A DNA stretch of 64,000 nucleotides from NCBI GenBank assembly GCA_051888935.1, contig JBJFCL010000001.1:2852-66851 (forward strand), in the 5' to 3' direction. Below the pieces are notes generated by a model, which was not told the DNA's origin, ran no database searches, and saw only the letters and a program-made list of their open reading frames with translations. Both the position numbers and the translations under genes were made by a program. Origin of the DNA: Candidatus Caccovivens sp. (GTDB taxonomy: Bacteria; Bacillota; Clostridia; Christensenellales; UBA1242). Shown one piece after another: positions 48,784 through 57,910 of the stretch; the stretch's first letter is position 1, and the number at the start of each line of letters is the position of its first letter.

Positions 48784-49015
48784 TAAACCTACCAACAAAG
48801 AAGTTTTCATCGAACAAGTCAGCAAGTTCCAAATCGTGAAGGTCTTGATACACCTGTTCCATATCTTGAAAGTCAGAAAGGGAAACCCCTTCCATTCTCA
48901 TTCTATGTTCATCGTTCAAGTTTGTTGAAGTTATGACAAAATTTTCAAAAGAACCATGCTCGTTTTCAATTTTTTCAATTCTTTTCAGACTTTTGCGGTA
49001 AACATTTTCTTTCAT
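48767..49015 (-). CDS. Putative antitoxin partner of MazF (82 aa, acidic, not obviously MazE/RHH-like)
   Basis: 17-nt overlap with mazF. AGGAG RBS. Acidic C-terminal half. Confidence 0.6.
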   Translation of the reverse strand: MKENVYRKSLKRIEKIENEHGSFENFVITSTNLNDEHRMRMEGVSLSDFQDMEQVYQDLHDLELADLFDENFFVGRFNGKFD

Positions 49016-49142
49016 AAATTATCTCCTGTTTGTCAGATTTTACACATCTAGTGTTGGTAGAGTGGAAAATTTTATTCATAAGTAATTTATCAAAAAAAGC
49101 CAAGCGGATTTCTCCACTTGGCACACAGCAACAAAAACGAAT

Positions 49143-49493
49143 TTATCTTATCAAAACCACAGCGCCAACCACTGTTTTTTGATGAGAAAGTGAAACTTCA
49201 ATGACGCTTGCTTTCAAACTTTCAAATTGCTCCAAAGCCTTGCCGTGAAGCGTGATGTAAGGTGCACCACTTTCTTTGTGACAAAGTTCAATATCTTTGT
49301 ATGAAATGTTTGTTCCGTCAGTGCATAGTGCTTTGAAAGTTGCTTCCTTAACTGCCCAAAGAGTTGCCACTTTTTCGTTGAAGTTTTGTTTGAATCTATG
49401 TATGTAATTTACTTCGCTGTCAAGTGCAATTTTTTTTAGCAATTTTTCAGCATCTTTGATTTCGTCCACTTCCTGCAAATCAAATCCAATCAT
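49143..49493 (-). CDS. acpS: Holo-[acyl-carrier-protein] synthase
   Basis: MIGFDLQEVDEI...WAVKEATFKAL. Start trimmed from the 214-aa track ORF. Confidence 0.88.
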   Translation of the reverse strand: MIGFDLQEVDEIKDAEKLLKKIALDSEVNYIHRFKQNFNEKVATLWAVKEATFKALCTDGTNISYKDIELCHKESGAPYITLHGKALEQFESLKASVIEVSLSHQKTVVGAVVLIR

Positions 49494-50106
49494 TGTCTTC
49501 TCCTTTGTATGCGTTTTTGGTTGCTTGTTGTGCCACACTATAATCATACCCTTTGTAGATAAGATGTGCAAGGCACTTTTGTTTACATTTTTGGTCATTT
49601 TGACGATTTTTAACGAATTTCTCTGCCAGCGCGGTTGCGCGTTCAAGTTCGGCGTCTTCATCGACCTCTTCAAGCAGGTTGTCAATGATTTGTGCTTTGA
49701 TTCCTTTTTCACGCAATTTGTTGGCAATGGCACGCTTGCCTTTTGTGCCAGCAAGACTGTCAAAATAATTTCTTGCAAACTTTTCATCGTTCACAAATCC
49801 ATATTCTTGCAGTTTTTCCAATGTGCTTTTGATGGTTTTGTCGGAAAAACTTTTCTTTTTGAGATAATCTTTGATGCCCTTTTCGCTTACAACATATTTT
49901 TCCATGTATGAAACAGCCATATCAAAGCAGACACGCTCGTCATTTTCTTCTTTAATCTCTTTGAACTCTTGTTCTTCAACCTCTTGGCCAGTTTTGAGAG
50001 CATAGCGTGCCAAAGTTTCGTCCAAAAAAATTCCACACCATTTTTCATCAATGTAGAGATTGTATCTGTTTGTGCTTCCAATTCGTTTGATTTTTGTGAT
50101 GGTCAT
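49480..50106 (-). CDS. recX: RecX family regulatory protein
   Basis: 208 aa with three-repeat helical architecture and a typical N-terminus (YNLYIDEKWCGIFLDETLARYALKTGQEV). Confidence 0.7.
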   Translation of the reverse strand: MTITKIKRIGSTNRYNLYIDEKWCGIFLDETLARYALKTGQEVEEQEFKEIKEENDERVCFDMAVSYMEKYVVSEKGIKDYLKKKSFSDKTIKSTLEKLQEYGFVNDEKFARNYFDSLAGTKGKRAIANKLREKGIKAQIIDNLLEEVDEDAELERATALAEKFVKNRQNDQKCKQKCLAHLIYKGYDYSVAQQATKNAYKGEDNDWI

Positions 50107-50459
50107 TTCAGCACCTCGCTTGTCGTCTTTGTGTAAGCGCGCACAAGACCGCCAGCACCAAGTTTTATTCCGCCAAAGTATCTGACAACAAACACGCAGG
50201 CGTCAGAAACTCCTCTCTTTTGCAAGACAGACAAAATCGGTCTGCCTGCTGTTCCACCTGGTTCGCCATCATCGACAGCCTTTTCCAAAAACGGATTTTT
50301 GAGGCTGTATGCATAACAAATGTGAGTGGCTTTCTTGTGCAAAGATTTTAGTTCTGCCAACGCAAAATTTACATCTTCAACTGTCTTGCAAGCAAAATAA
50401 TAACCGATAAATTTCGATTTTTTCTCAATATATTCAATTTGGTTCACAAGTTCTGCCAT
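50103..50459 (-). CDS. YigZ/IMPACT-family N-terminal domain protein (short form)
   Basis: KSKFIGYYF...ATHICYAY...DDGEPGGTAGRPIL motifs. ATGA overlap with recX. Confidence 0.75.
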   Translation of the reverse strand: MAELVNQIEYIEKKSKFIGYYFACKTVEDVNFALAELKSLHKKATHICYAYSLKNPFLEKAVDDGEPGGTAGRPILSVLQKRGVSDACVFVVRYFGGIKLGAGGLVRAYTKTTSEVLK

Positions 50460-50514
50460 AACAAAATTATACCATGTAAAGAGCGAAAAAGACAAATTAT
50501 TTTTGTATTTCAGA

Positions 50515-50718
50515 CTAATCAATTCTACCAAGTATATAGTCGGTGCTTGTTTGAAAAAAGTCTGCACAAATATTTATAATAGACAAACTAGGTTCAATTT
50601 TGTCGGTTTCATATTTTGCTATTGTTGACTTATCTAAATGTAACTCTTTTGCAAGTTCTATTTGAGTAAGTTTATTTTCTAGTCTTAATTCTTTTAATCT
50701 TTGTCCAAATGTTGCCAT
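50515..50718 (-). CDS. XRE-family HTH regulator, 67-aa paralogue D
   Basis: GQRLKELRLENKLTQIELAKELHLDKSTIAKYE...STDYILGRID. AAGAGG RBS. Confidence 0.85.
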   Translation of the reverse strand: MATFGQRLKELRLENKLTQIELAKELHLDKSTIAKYETDKIEPSLSIINICADFFQTSTDYILGRID

Positions 50719-50741
50719 AAAAGCCTCTTTTACTTTACATT

Positions 50742-50787
50742 CTGACAGAAAATCAGTACAATGTATTCAATTCTGATTATAAATCAG
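50742..50787. promoter_or_regulatory. Two operator-like palindromes, CTGA(C/T)-N5-ATCAG
   Basis: CTGACagaaaATCAG (50742-50756). AATTCTGATtataaATCAGAATT (50769-50791) is a perfect 9-bp inverted repeat. Confidence 0.6.
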
Positions 50788-50805
50788 AATTTTAAGGAGT
50801 TTATT

Positions 50806-51066
50806 ATGGATAAAATTACAGAAATTTTAGAAACAATAAAGACAGATTTAGAAAGTAAAAATTATTTTAATGCCGATATGTCGGACATCATTAGTGTCCA
50901 TTTTGGAGTTTGCTTATATATAAGAAATAAATATTTATGGAGAAATTCTGATGTGGTTGAAATGTTAAATGCTTATTTCAAAACTAACAATGTCGATGAT
51001 TTGTCGCACAAAATTTTAAATGAAATAAAAAAAGAAGATAGTCAATCTTCTAATCCTAATAAATAG
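50806..51066 (+). CDS. Small uncharacterised protein (86 aa) between two XRE paralogues
   Basis: AAGGAG 6 nt upstream of the ATG at 50806. HFGVCLYIRNKYLW and VDDLSHKIL motifs. The 3' end overlaps the convergent XRE gene by 25 nt. Confidence 0.6.
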   Translation: MDKITEILETIKTDLESKNYFNADMSDIISVHFGVCLYIRNKYLWRNSDVVEMLNAYFKTNNVDDLSHKILNEIKKEDSQSSNPNK

Positions 51067-51251
51067 TCAGCAGATGTTTTAAAATAAACAACCAATGTTT
51101 TAAACATAGAAAGGCTAGGCTCAACTTTATCAGTTTCGTATTTGGCAATGGTTGATTTATCAATATTTAATTCTTTTGCCAACTCAACTTGCGTGAGATT
51201 TCTTTCTTCTCTTAATTCTTTTAATCTCTTTCCAAGGCTTTCTTGTTCCAT
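51042..51251 (-). CDS. XRE-family HTH regulator, 69-aa paralogue E
   Basis: GKRLKELREERNLTQVELAKELNIDKSTIAKYE...SADYLLGLED. No SD upstream. Confidence 0.85.
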   Translation of the reverse strand: MEQESLGKRLKELREERNLTQVELAKELNIDKSTIAKYETDKVEPSLSMFKTLVVYFKTSADYLLGLED

Positions 51252-51292
51252 ATAATATATTTTGACAAATTTTCATTTTAAATGCATGGAAA

Positions 51293-51307
51293 CTGATTTT
51301 TAATCAG
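51293..51307. promoter_or_regulatory. Third copy of the CTGAT-N5-ATCAG operator-like palindrome
   Basis: aCTGATttttaATCAGt (51292-51308), upstream of paralogue E. Confidence 0.5.
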
Positions 51308-51421
51308 TATAGAGTTGAGTATCTATTCAAGCGATGTTGAACAAAATTATCAAAAAAGACTTTACTTTTTTGTATAAGTGTGGTAAAATTGCACTGATTA
51401 AATTTTAGGAGTATTGTTATT

Positions 51422-51625
51422 ATGATGATTGAACCACCTATTGACGAACTTGCAAAAAAAGCTGGCGGAAACAAATATGTCCTTTCTGTCATTGCGTCAA
51501 AGAGAGCAAAAGAAATTGAAACCACAAGAAGAGCAGAACTTGCCACTGCCGACAAAAAGTCAATCAGTATTGCACTTGATGAAATTTATGAAGGCAATGT
51601 GAAACCAAGCGACTTAAATGATTGA
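51422..51625 (+). CDS. rpoZ: DNA-directed RNA polymerase omega subunit
   Basis: 67 aa with the NKYVLSVIASKRAKEI motif. Sits directly upstream of priA, as in the Bacillus ylo operon. Confidence 0.85.
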   Translation: MMIEPPIDELAKKAGGNKYVLSVIASKRAKEIETTRRAELATADKKSISIALDEIYEGNVKPSDLND

Positions 51626-51692
51626 TTGGTTTGAAATTTTATGCTATAATTCTACTGTAAAATTGCAGTAGAATTTTTTTTAGGAGAAGAGT

Positions 51693-53864
51693 TTGTTTGC
51701 AAAAATTATAATCGACCAAGATGCCAAGGCTTTGAACAAGGTTTTTGAATATAGCGTTCCAGACGATTTGCAAGTGGGAGTGGGAGAAAGGGTGATTGTT
51801 CCTTTCGGCTCTCGCCAACTGCAAGGATTTATCATTGGTCTTGAAGAAAAAAGCGATTATGATGCAAACAAAATCAAACCAATTACTCGAAAAATTGAAA
51901 ATTTTGCTGTCATAAAACATGAAATGTTGGAACTTATGTTTTTCATGGCAGACAAATTGCACCTCAAACTTGCAAGTTGTTTGAGATTGTTTTTGCCAAG
52001 TGAAATGAGAACGGACAAGGTTAAAGAACTTGTTGTAAGGTGGGTTAAACTTTCCGACAATTTCATTTTGCCATCTTCGCGAGCAAAGAAACAATTGGAA
52101 ATAATTTGCCATTTGCAAGAAAATGGGCAATGTAAATTTGCAGAAATTTCAAACGAGTTTGGCTATGCTCCTCTTTCTGCACTTGTCAAAGCGGGGATAG
52201 TCCAAGTCTTTGAAATGCAAGAAAATCGAACTCCTGTTTATGACAAAATGGAGAGCGAAAAACGTGATTTGACTCCGTTGCAACAGCGAGCAGTGGACAG
52301 CATATGCGAAAACAAGACCTATCTTTTGCATGGTGTGACTGGAAGCGGAAAGACGGAAGTTTACATGAATTTGATTGAAAAACAACTGGAAAAAGGCAAA
52401 ACTGCACTCATGCTTGTTCCAGAGATTTCTCTCACTCCGCAAGTTTTGGCAAACTTTAAGGCACGCTTTGGCGACAAAGTGGCGCTCATTCACAGTGGAC
52501 TTTCAGCAGGCGAACGCTTTGATGAATGGAAGAGAATTTTCTTTGGAGAGGCGCGAGTGGTGGTCGGTGCAAGGTCGGCAATCTTTTCACCTATTGAAAA
52601 CTTGGGAATAATCATCATTGACGAGGAACATGAGCAAAGTTATGTTTCAGAGAGCAATCCGAGATATGACACCCATCAAATTGCGGAATTTAGAAGAAAA
52701 TTTAATGATTGTACACTTGTGCTCGGAAGCGCCACGCCGTCCATTGAAAGTTATGCAAAAGCGATTGACGGGGAGTATGCACTTGTTGAGATGCCTGTGC
52801 GTGTGAATGGCATGGAAATGCCAAAAATTGTTGTGATTGATATGCTGATGGAGATGCGACAAGGGAACAATCAAATTTTTGCTCTTCCACTTATCTATGA
52901 ACTTCAAAATATCATAAATCAGAAAAAACAGGCGATGATTTTTATCAACAGGCGTGGTTTTTCGTCCTTTCAACGCTGTCGAAACTGTGGTTATGTGGCA
53001 AAATGCTCAAATTGTGATGTTTCGCTTGTTTATCATCGCTTTGAAAACCGATTGAAATGCCATTATTGCGGAAAGCGCTACAAGGCGCTTGATGTTTGTC
53101 CAAGTTGCGGAAGCCATGACATCAAACAGGGCGCAATTGGAACAGAGCGTGTGGTGGAAGAACTGCATAAGCTTTTTCCAAATGTGCGAATTTTGCGTAT
53201 GGACAATGACACCACTTCAAAAAAGAATGGTCATCGCGAAATCTTAAACGAATTTAAAAACACAAAACCTGCAATTTTGGTTGGAACTCAGATGATTGCA
53301 AAAGGACACGATTTTGAAGATGTGCTCCTTGTGGGAATTGTTGATGCTGACCAAAGTTTGTATCAGTCGGATTATCGTTCAATTGAAAGAACTTTTCAAC
53401 TTATCACGCAAGTTGCTGGGCGGGCAGGACGAAGTGCTGAGCAAGGTCGAGTGATTTTGCAAACTTACAGTCCAAATCATTATGTCTATCGCTTTGCAAC
53501 TGGCTATGACTACAAAGGTTTCTTCAAAAAAGAGGCAAATTTAAGAAAAGTGACCAATTTTCCACCTTATGCACGCATAATTCGTGTGCTTTTCACGCAT
53601 GAAGATGAAAATATTGTGTCACAAGAGTGCAAAGTGTGTTATAATAAAGTGCAAGAAGTGAAAAAACACTATGCGGACGATTTTGTTTATCTTGATGTTA
53701 TGAAAGCACCGCTCAACAAAATCAAAAACAAATTTCGTTATCAAATCATGATGCGCGTTAAACTTGAAAAAGCAGATGAAATTGAAAAACAAATCTATGA
53801 TTGTGTGGACGAAAAGACAAAGAGCAGTGTTTTCTTTGAGATAAATCCAAACAATCTATCTTAA
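51693..53864 (+). CDS. priA: Primosomal protein N' (replication restart helicase PriA)
   Basis: TTG start after AGGAG. Walker A GVTGSGKTEVY, DEEH box, Cys-rich Zn region CRNCGY..CSNC..CHYCG..CPSCG. Confidence 0.93.
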   Translation: MFAKIIIDQDAKALNKVFEYSVPDDLQVGVGERVIVPFGSRQLQGFIIGLEEKSDYDANKIKPITRKIENFAVIKHEMLELMFFMADKLHLKLASCLRLFLPSEMRTDKVKELVVRWVKLSDNFILPSSRAKKQLEIICHLQENGQCKFAEISNEFGYAPLSALVKAGIVQVFEMQENRTPVYDKMESEKRDLTPLQQRAVDSICENKTYLLHGVTGSGKTEVYMNLIEKQLEKGKTALMLVPEISLTPQVLANFKARFGDKVALIHSGLSAGERFDEWKRIFFGEARVVVGARSAIFSPIENLGIIIIDEEHEQSYVSESNPRYDTHQIAEFRRKFNDCTLVLGSATPSIESYAKAIDGEYALVEMPVRVNGMEMPKIVVIDMLMEMRQGNNQIFALPLIYELQNIINQKKQAMIFINRRGFSSFQRCRNCGYVAKCSNCDVSLVYHRFENRLKCHYCGKRYKALDVCPSCGSHDIKQGAIGTERVVEELHKLFPNVRILRMDNDTTSKKNGHREILNEFKNTKPAILVGTQMIAKGHDFEDVLLVGIVDADQSLYQSDYRSIERTFQLITQVAGRAGRSAEQGRVILQTYSPNHYVYRFATGYDYKGFFKKEANLRKVTNFPPYARIIRVLFTHEDENIVSQECKVCYNKVQEVKKHYADDFVYLDVMKAPLNKIKNKFRYQIMMRVKLEKADEIEKQIYDCVDEKTKSSVFFEINPNNLS

Positions 53865-53894
53865 AAAAACAAATACATTTAAGGAGAAAAATAA

Positions 53895-54371
53895 GTGGCA
53901 ACAAGACGAATTGTTATACTTGGGAATGAAACGCTAAGAAAAAAGTCCAAGCCAGTGCTTGCGTTTGACGAAGCACTTGGAACTCTTTTGGACGACATGA
54001 AAACCACCATGATTGAGAAGAATGGTGTTGGTATTTCTGCTGTGCAAATTGGTGTTTTGCGTCGTGCGATTGTGATCGAGATTGAACCAAAAAAATTTTT
54101 GGAGATAATCAATCCTGAAATCATCAAAACCAAAGGAAAATCAACAGACAACGAAGGTTGTTTGAGTGTGCCTGGTTTTTATTGTGATGTGACAAGACCA
54201 CAATATGTCAAAATCAAAGCATTTGACAGAAATGGAAAAGAATTTGAGTTTGAAGCAGAGGACTATATTGCCCGTTGCGTTTGCCATGAAATTGACCATC
54301 TCAATGGTGTGCTTTTTGTGGATTATACAAAGGAAGGACAAAAATATAAGAAAGAGCACGGGGTGGAATGA
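53895..54371 (+). CDS. def: Peptide deformylase
   Basis: GVGISAVQIG, EGCLSVPG and HEIDHLNG motifs. GTG start. Confidence 0.94.
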   Translation: MATRRIVILGNETLRKKSKPVLAFDEALGTLLDDMKTTMIEKNGVGISAVQIGVLRRAIVIEIEPKKFLEIINPEIIKTKGKSTDNEGCLSVPGFYCDVTRPQYVKIKAFDRNGKEFEFEAEDYIARCVCHEIDHLNGVLFVDYTKEGQKYKKEHGVE

Positions 54372-55285
54372 TGAAAATTTTATTTTTTGGAACTCCACGC
54401 TTTGCTGAAATCGTCTTGCAAGGACTTTTGAATAGCAAATTTGAAGTTGTGGGCGTTGTCTGCCAAACGGACAAACCAGCAGGACGCGGAAACAAATTGG
54501 TTAGTCCGCACATAAAAACGCTTGCCATTGAAAATGGCTTGTCAGTATATCAATTTGAGAGACTTAAAGACCATATTGAAGATTTCAAAAACATCGATTA
54601 TGATTTGGCTGTGACAGCGTCATATGGAAAGATTTTGCCAAAGGCATTTTTGGATTTGAAGCCATGTGTCAATGTTCACCCGTCAATGCTTCCAAAATAT
54701 CGTGGAGCAACACCTATTCAAAGTGCACTTTTGAATGGTGACAAAATGACTGGTGTGACGATTATGAAGACCGAAGTCGGCATGGATGACGGCGACATTT
54801 TCACGCAGTGTGAAGTGGAAATTTTGCCGGAGGACGACTATTTTTCACTACATGACAAATTGGCGGAAGTTGGCGTCAAACTTTTGCTCGACACACTTGA
54901 AAAAATCGAAAATGGCACAGCTGTAAGAACTGCACAGGACTCCTCAAAAGCGACTTTTGTGAAACTTATTGAAAAAGAAGACGCTCTTCTTGATTTTTCT
55001 GCGCCAGTTGAAAGTCTTGTAAACAAAGTCAGAGCGTTTGTTGAAAATCCTGTGGCTTATTTTTTCTTGGGCGAGGATAGAATCAAGGTGTTCAAAGCAA
55101 GAGTTGCGAATATGTGCAATTTGGCATCTGTTGGAGAGATTTTGGAAAATAAAAAGCATTTTCTCATTCAAGCGAGCGATGGTGTTTTGGAGATTTTGAA
55201 ATGTCAAGCGCCGGGCGGAAAAGTTCTGGACGCTAGTGCATTTTTGAATGGCTATCGTTTCAAAACGAGGGTGGTGAAGTCATGA
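54368..55285 (+). CDS. fmt: Methionyl-tRNA formyltransferase
   Basis: HPSMLPKYRGATPIQ motif. ATGA overlap with def. Confidence 0.94.
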   Translation: MMKILFFGTPRFAEIVLQGLLNSKFEVVGVVCQTDKPAGRGNKLVSPHIKTLAIENGLSVYQFERLKDHIEDFKNIDYDLAVTASYGKILPKAFLDLKPCVNVHPSMLPKYRGATPIQSALLNGDKMTGVTIMKTEVGMDDGDIFTQCEVEILPEDDYFSLHDKLAEVGVKLLLDTLEKIENGTAVRTAQDSSKATFVKLIEKEDALLDFSAPVESLVNKVRAFVENPVAYFFLGEDRIKVFKARVANMCNLASVGEILENKKHFLIQASDGVLEILKCQAPGGKVLDASAFLNGYRFKTRVVKS

Positions 55286-56310
55286 TTTTGGATATGAATT
55301 TGACGGAACTTACTGAGTATGTGAAGAGTTTGGGCGAGCCTGCATATCGTGCAAAACAACTCTACGAAGCACTTTTATTGGGCAAAAAATTGGAAGAAAT
55401 TTCCAATTTACCAAAAAGTTTAAAAGAAAAAATTGCCAATGACTATCCAAAATTTGAGGTCGTTGCTCATCTTGTTTCAAAGGACGAAACGCAAAAAGTG
55501 GCACTAAAATTTGCGGACGGAAGCATCGTTGAAAGTGTGCTTTTGAAATATAAATATGGCTACACTGTCTGCGTTTCCACACAAGTTGGTTGTCGCATGG
55601 GTTGCAAGTTTTGCGCCTCCACATTAAATGGCTTGCAAAGAAATTTGTCTGCTGGTGAAATTTTGGCGCAAGTGTTGTTTTTCAATCATCTTTTGGGAGG
55701 GACTCTCAAAGAGCGAAAGGTGACCAATATTGTGCTTATGGGGTGTGGAGAACCTCTTGACAACTATGACAATGTTTCAAAATTTTTGCGACTAGTTTCA
55801 AGTGAAGATGGACTCAACATCAGTCAACGCAACATCTCACTCTCGACCTGTGGACTTGTTCCAAACATTTATAGACTTGCAGATGATGGATTTAATGTCA
55901 CACTCACAATTTCTCTTCACGCCCCAAATGATGAACTAAGACGAACGATTATGCCAATTGCAAATGCTTACAAGATTGAAGAAATATTGAAGGCGTGTGA
56001 TTATTATTTTGACAAGACTGGCAGACGAATTTGTTTTGAATATTCACTTATTAGTGGCGTCAACGATGACGACAAGACAATTGAGGAATTAGGGGCTATT
56101 TTGAAAGGGCGCTCCTGCCATATCAATCTTATTCCACTCAATTCTGTCAAAGAAAAACAACTTTTGGGAGCAACTCGAAAGCGCGCATATGTGCTGGCAG
56201 GCAAACTTGAAAAAATGGGACTTTCTGCAACTGTAAGACGCACTATGGGAGAAGATATTGAAGGCGCATGCGGACAACTTAGAAACAGAGTTGGAGGTGC
56301 AAATGCTTAG
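55282..56310 (+). CDS. rlmN: 23S rRNA/tRNA (adenine-C2)-methyltransferase RlmN (radical SAM)
   Basis: CRMGCKFCAS CxxxCxxC motif and a C-terminal GACGQL. Confidence 0.92.
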   Translation: MILDMNLTELTEYVKSLGEPAYRAKQLYEALLLGKKLEEISNLPKSLKEKIANDYPKFEVVAHLVSKDETQKVALKFADGSIVESVLLKYKYGYTVCVSTQVGCRMGCKFCASTLNGLQRNLSAGEILAQVLFFNHLLGGTLKERKVTNIVLMGCGEPLDNYDNVSKFLRLVSSEDGLNISQRNISLSTCGLVPNIYRLADDGFNVTLTISLHAPNDELRRTIMPIANAYKIEEILKACDYYFDKTGRRICFEYSLISGVNDDDKTIEELGAILKGRSCHINLIPLNSVKEKQLLGATRKRAYVLAGKLEKMGLSATVRRTMGEDIEGACGQLRNRVGGANA

Positions 56311-57151
56311 CGGACTGATTTTGAAAAAACAAGCAGACTTGTTTTCGGTTGAAACGCAAACTGGCGAAGTTTTGCAAGTTACTGCACGAAAAAACATGAA
56401 AAAAGACGGCATTTTTGTTGGCGATAGAGTGCAAATTGACGATGATAATGCCATTTGCAAATTGGAAGAGAGAAAAAATCTTCTTATCAGACCGCCAATG
56501 GCGAATATTGACAAAATGTTTATTGTGATTGCACCAGTTCCAAAACCTGACCTATACACTGTTGACAAACTACTTCTTTTTTGTGCACTCAACAACATCA
56601 AACCAATCGTTTGTGTCAACAAAAACGATGTGGACGCGAAATTTTGCAAGGACTTGGCAAATATATACAAACCAATTGCAAAAACATTGATTTTTTCCAG
56701 CCTTGATGACAGTGTAACAAAACTTGAAAGTGAAATAGATGGTATTTGTGTGCTTGCAGGTCAAAGTGCAGTCGGCAAGTCGTCAATTATCAACGCACTT
56801 AAAGGCGAACCACTTGCACGAGTGGACACTTTTAGCAAAAAAATAGAACGCGGAAAGCAGACAACACGCACTGTTTCGTTGTATAAATTTGGCGAAAACA
56901 AATTTTTGGCGGACACTGCTGGGTTTTCCAAACTGGACGAAAGGTTGTTGGATTTGACAGAAACAGAACTCAAAACTTACATACCTGAGTTTTTGGAGTT
57001 TGCACCATTTTGCAAATATTCCTCTTGCAACCACATTTCGTCAAAAGAGTGCGCTGTTCTTAATGCTGTCAAAGATGGAAAAATATCCAAAGAACGCTAT
57101 GAAAATTATGTTAAACTCTATGATGTGTTGAAAACAATAAAAAGATTTTGA
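56303..57151 (+). CDS. rsgA: Ribosome small subunit-dependent GTPase A
   Basis: GQSAVGKSSIINAL P-loop and a C-terminal Cys/His Zn cluster. Start trimmed to MLSGLIL after GGAGG. Confidence 0.9.
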   Translation: MLSGLILKKQADLFSVETQTGEVLQVTARKNMKKDGIFVGDRVQIDDDNAICKLEERKNLLIRPPMANIDKMFIVIAPVPKPDLYTVDKLLLFCALNNIKPIVCVNKNDVDAKFCKDLANIYKPIAKTLIFSSLDDSVTKLESEIDGICVLAGQSAVGKSSIINALKGEPLARVDTFSKKIERGKQTTRTVSLYKFGENKFLADTAGFSKLDERLLDLTETELKTYIPEFLEFAPFCKYSSCNHISSKECAVLNAVKDGKISKERYENYVKLYDVLKTIKRF

Positions 57152-57192
57152 TTTTTTCTCATATTTTGTTAAACTTATATAAAGGAGAGATT

Positions 57193-57861
57193 ATGAAAAA
57201 AAGAGTTGATATCTCTGTTTCCACCGACCCTATTGGAGATTTTCAAAATATCATTGAATACGCCAAAACGATGCAAGGGGTTGCAGACTTTTTGCATTGT
57301 GACATTATGAATGAAAATTTTGTGCAGAAAAATAATTATGATTTTGGTCTGGTCAAAAATATCAATCGCAATAGTTTGATTATGCTTGATGTTCATCTTA
57401 TGGTCAATGAACCATCTGCGGACATTGAGAAATATATCGAAGCAGGTGCAAACATTTTGACAGTTCACTATGAAGCATTTGAAGACAAAGAGGTGCTTGT
57501 GAGTGTGATTGATTATATAAAGTCACGACACGCTTTGGCAGGCATTTCTCTCAAACCAAGCACACCTTTCAAAGATATTCGTTCTTTTGTTTTTGGTTGT
57601 GATGTGGTGCTTATTATGGGTGTTGAACCGGGGGCAAGCGGACAAGTTATGCAACCTGAAATGCTCGACAAAGTGAGAGAGGTCTATGAATTTAGACAGG
57701 CGAACAACTTGAAATTTAAGATTGAGTTTGATGGTGGAGTAAATCCTGAAAATGCCAAACAACTTATCGATGCTGGCGTGGATATTTTGGTCAGCGGTTC
57801 ATATGTTTACAACTCAAAAAACCGCAAAGAAGCCGTAAGTGCTTTGCGAGGAGAGGAATAA
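57193..57861 (+). CDS. rpe: Ribulose-phosphate 3-epimerase
   Basis: DVHLMV and MGVEPGASGQ motifs. AAGGAG RBS ahead of MKKRVDIS. Confidence 0.9.
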   Translation: MKKRVDISVSTDPIGDFQNIIEYAKTMQGVADFLHCDIMNENFVQKNNYDFGLVKNINRNSLIMLDVHLMVNEPSADIEKYIEAGANILTVHYEAFEDKEVLVSVIDYIKSRHALAGISLKPSTPFKDIRSFVFGCDVVLIMGVEPGASGQVMQPEMLDKVREVYEFRQANNLKFKIEFDGGVNPENAKQLIDAGVDILVSGSYVYNSKNRKEAVSALRGEE

Positions 57862-57870
57862 AAAACAGAA

Positions 57871-57899
57871 AAAAAACGACTTACAAGGTCGTTTTTTTT
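57871..57899. terminator. Bidirectional intrinsic terminator
   Basis: A8, CGAC (57877-57880) / GTCG (57888-57891) extended by A:T pairs, T8. Confidence 0.7.
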
Positions 57900-57910
57900 A
57901 TTTAATTATT

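Noticed and set aside
49494-49787. N-terminal 98-aa extension of the acpS track ORF (49143..49787).
   Set aside because: The extension overlaps recX in another frame and is not AcpS-like. AcpS homology begins at MIGFDL (start 49493).
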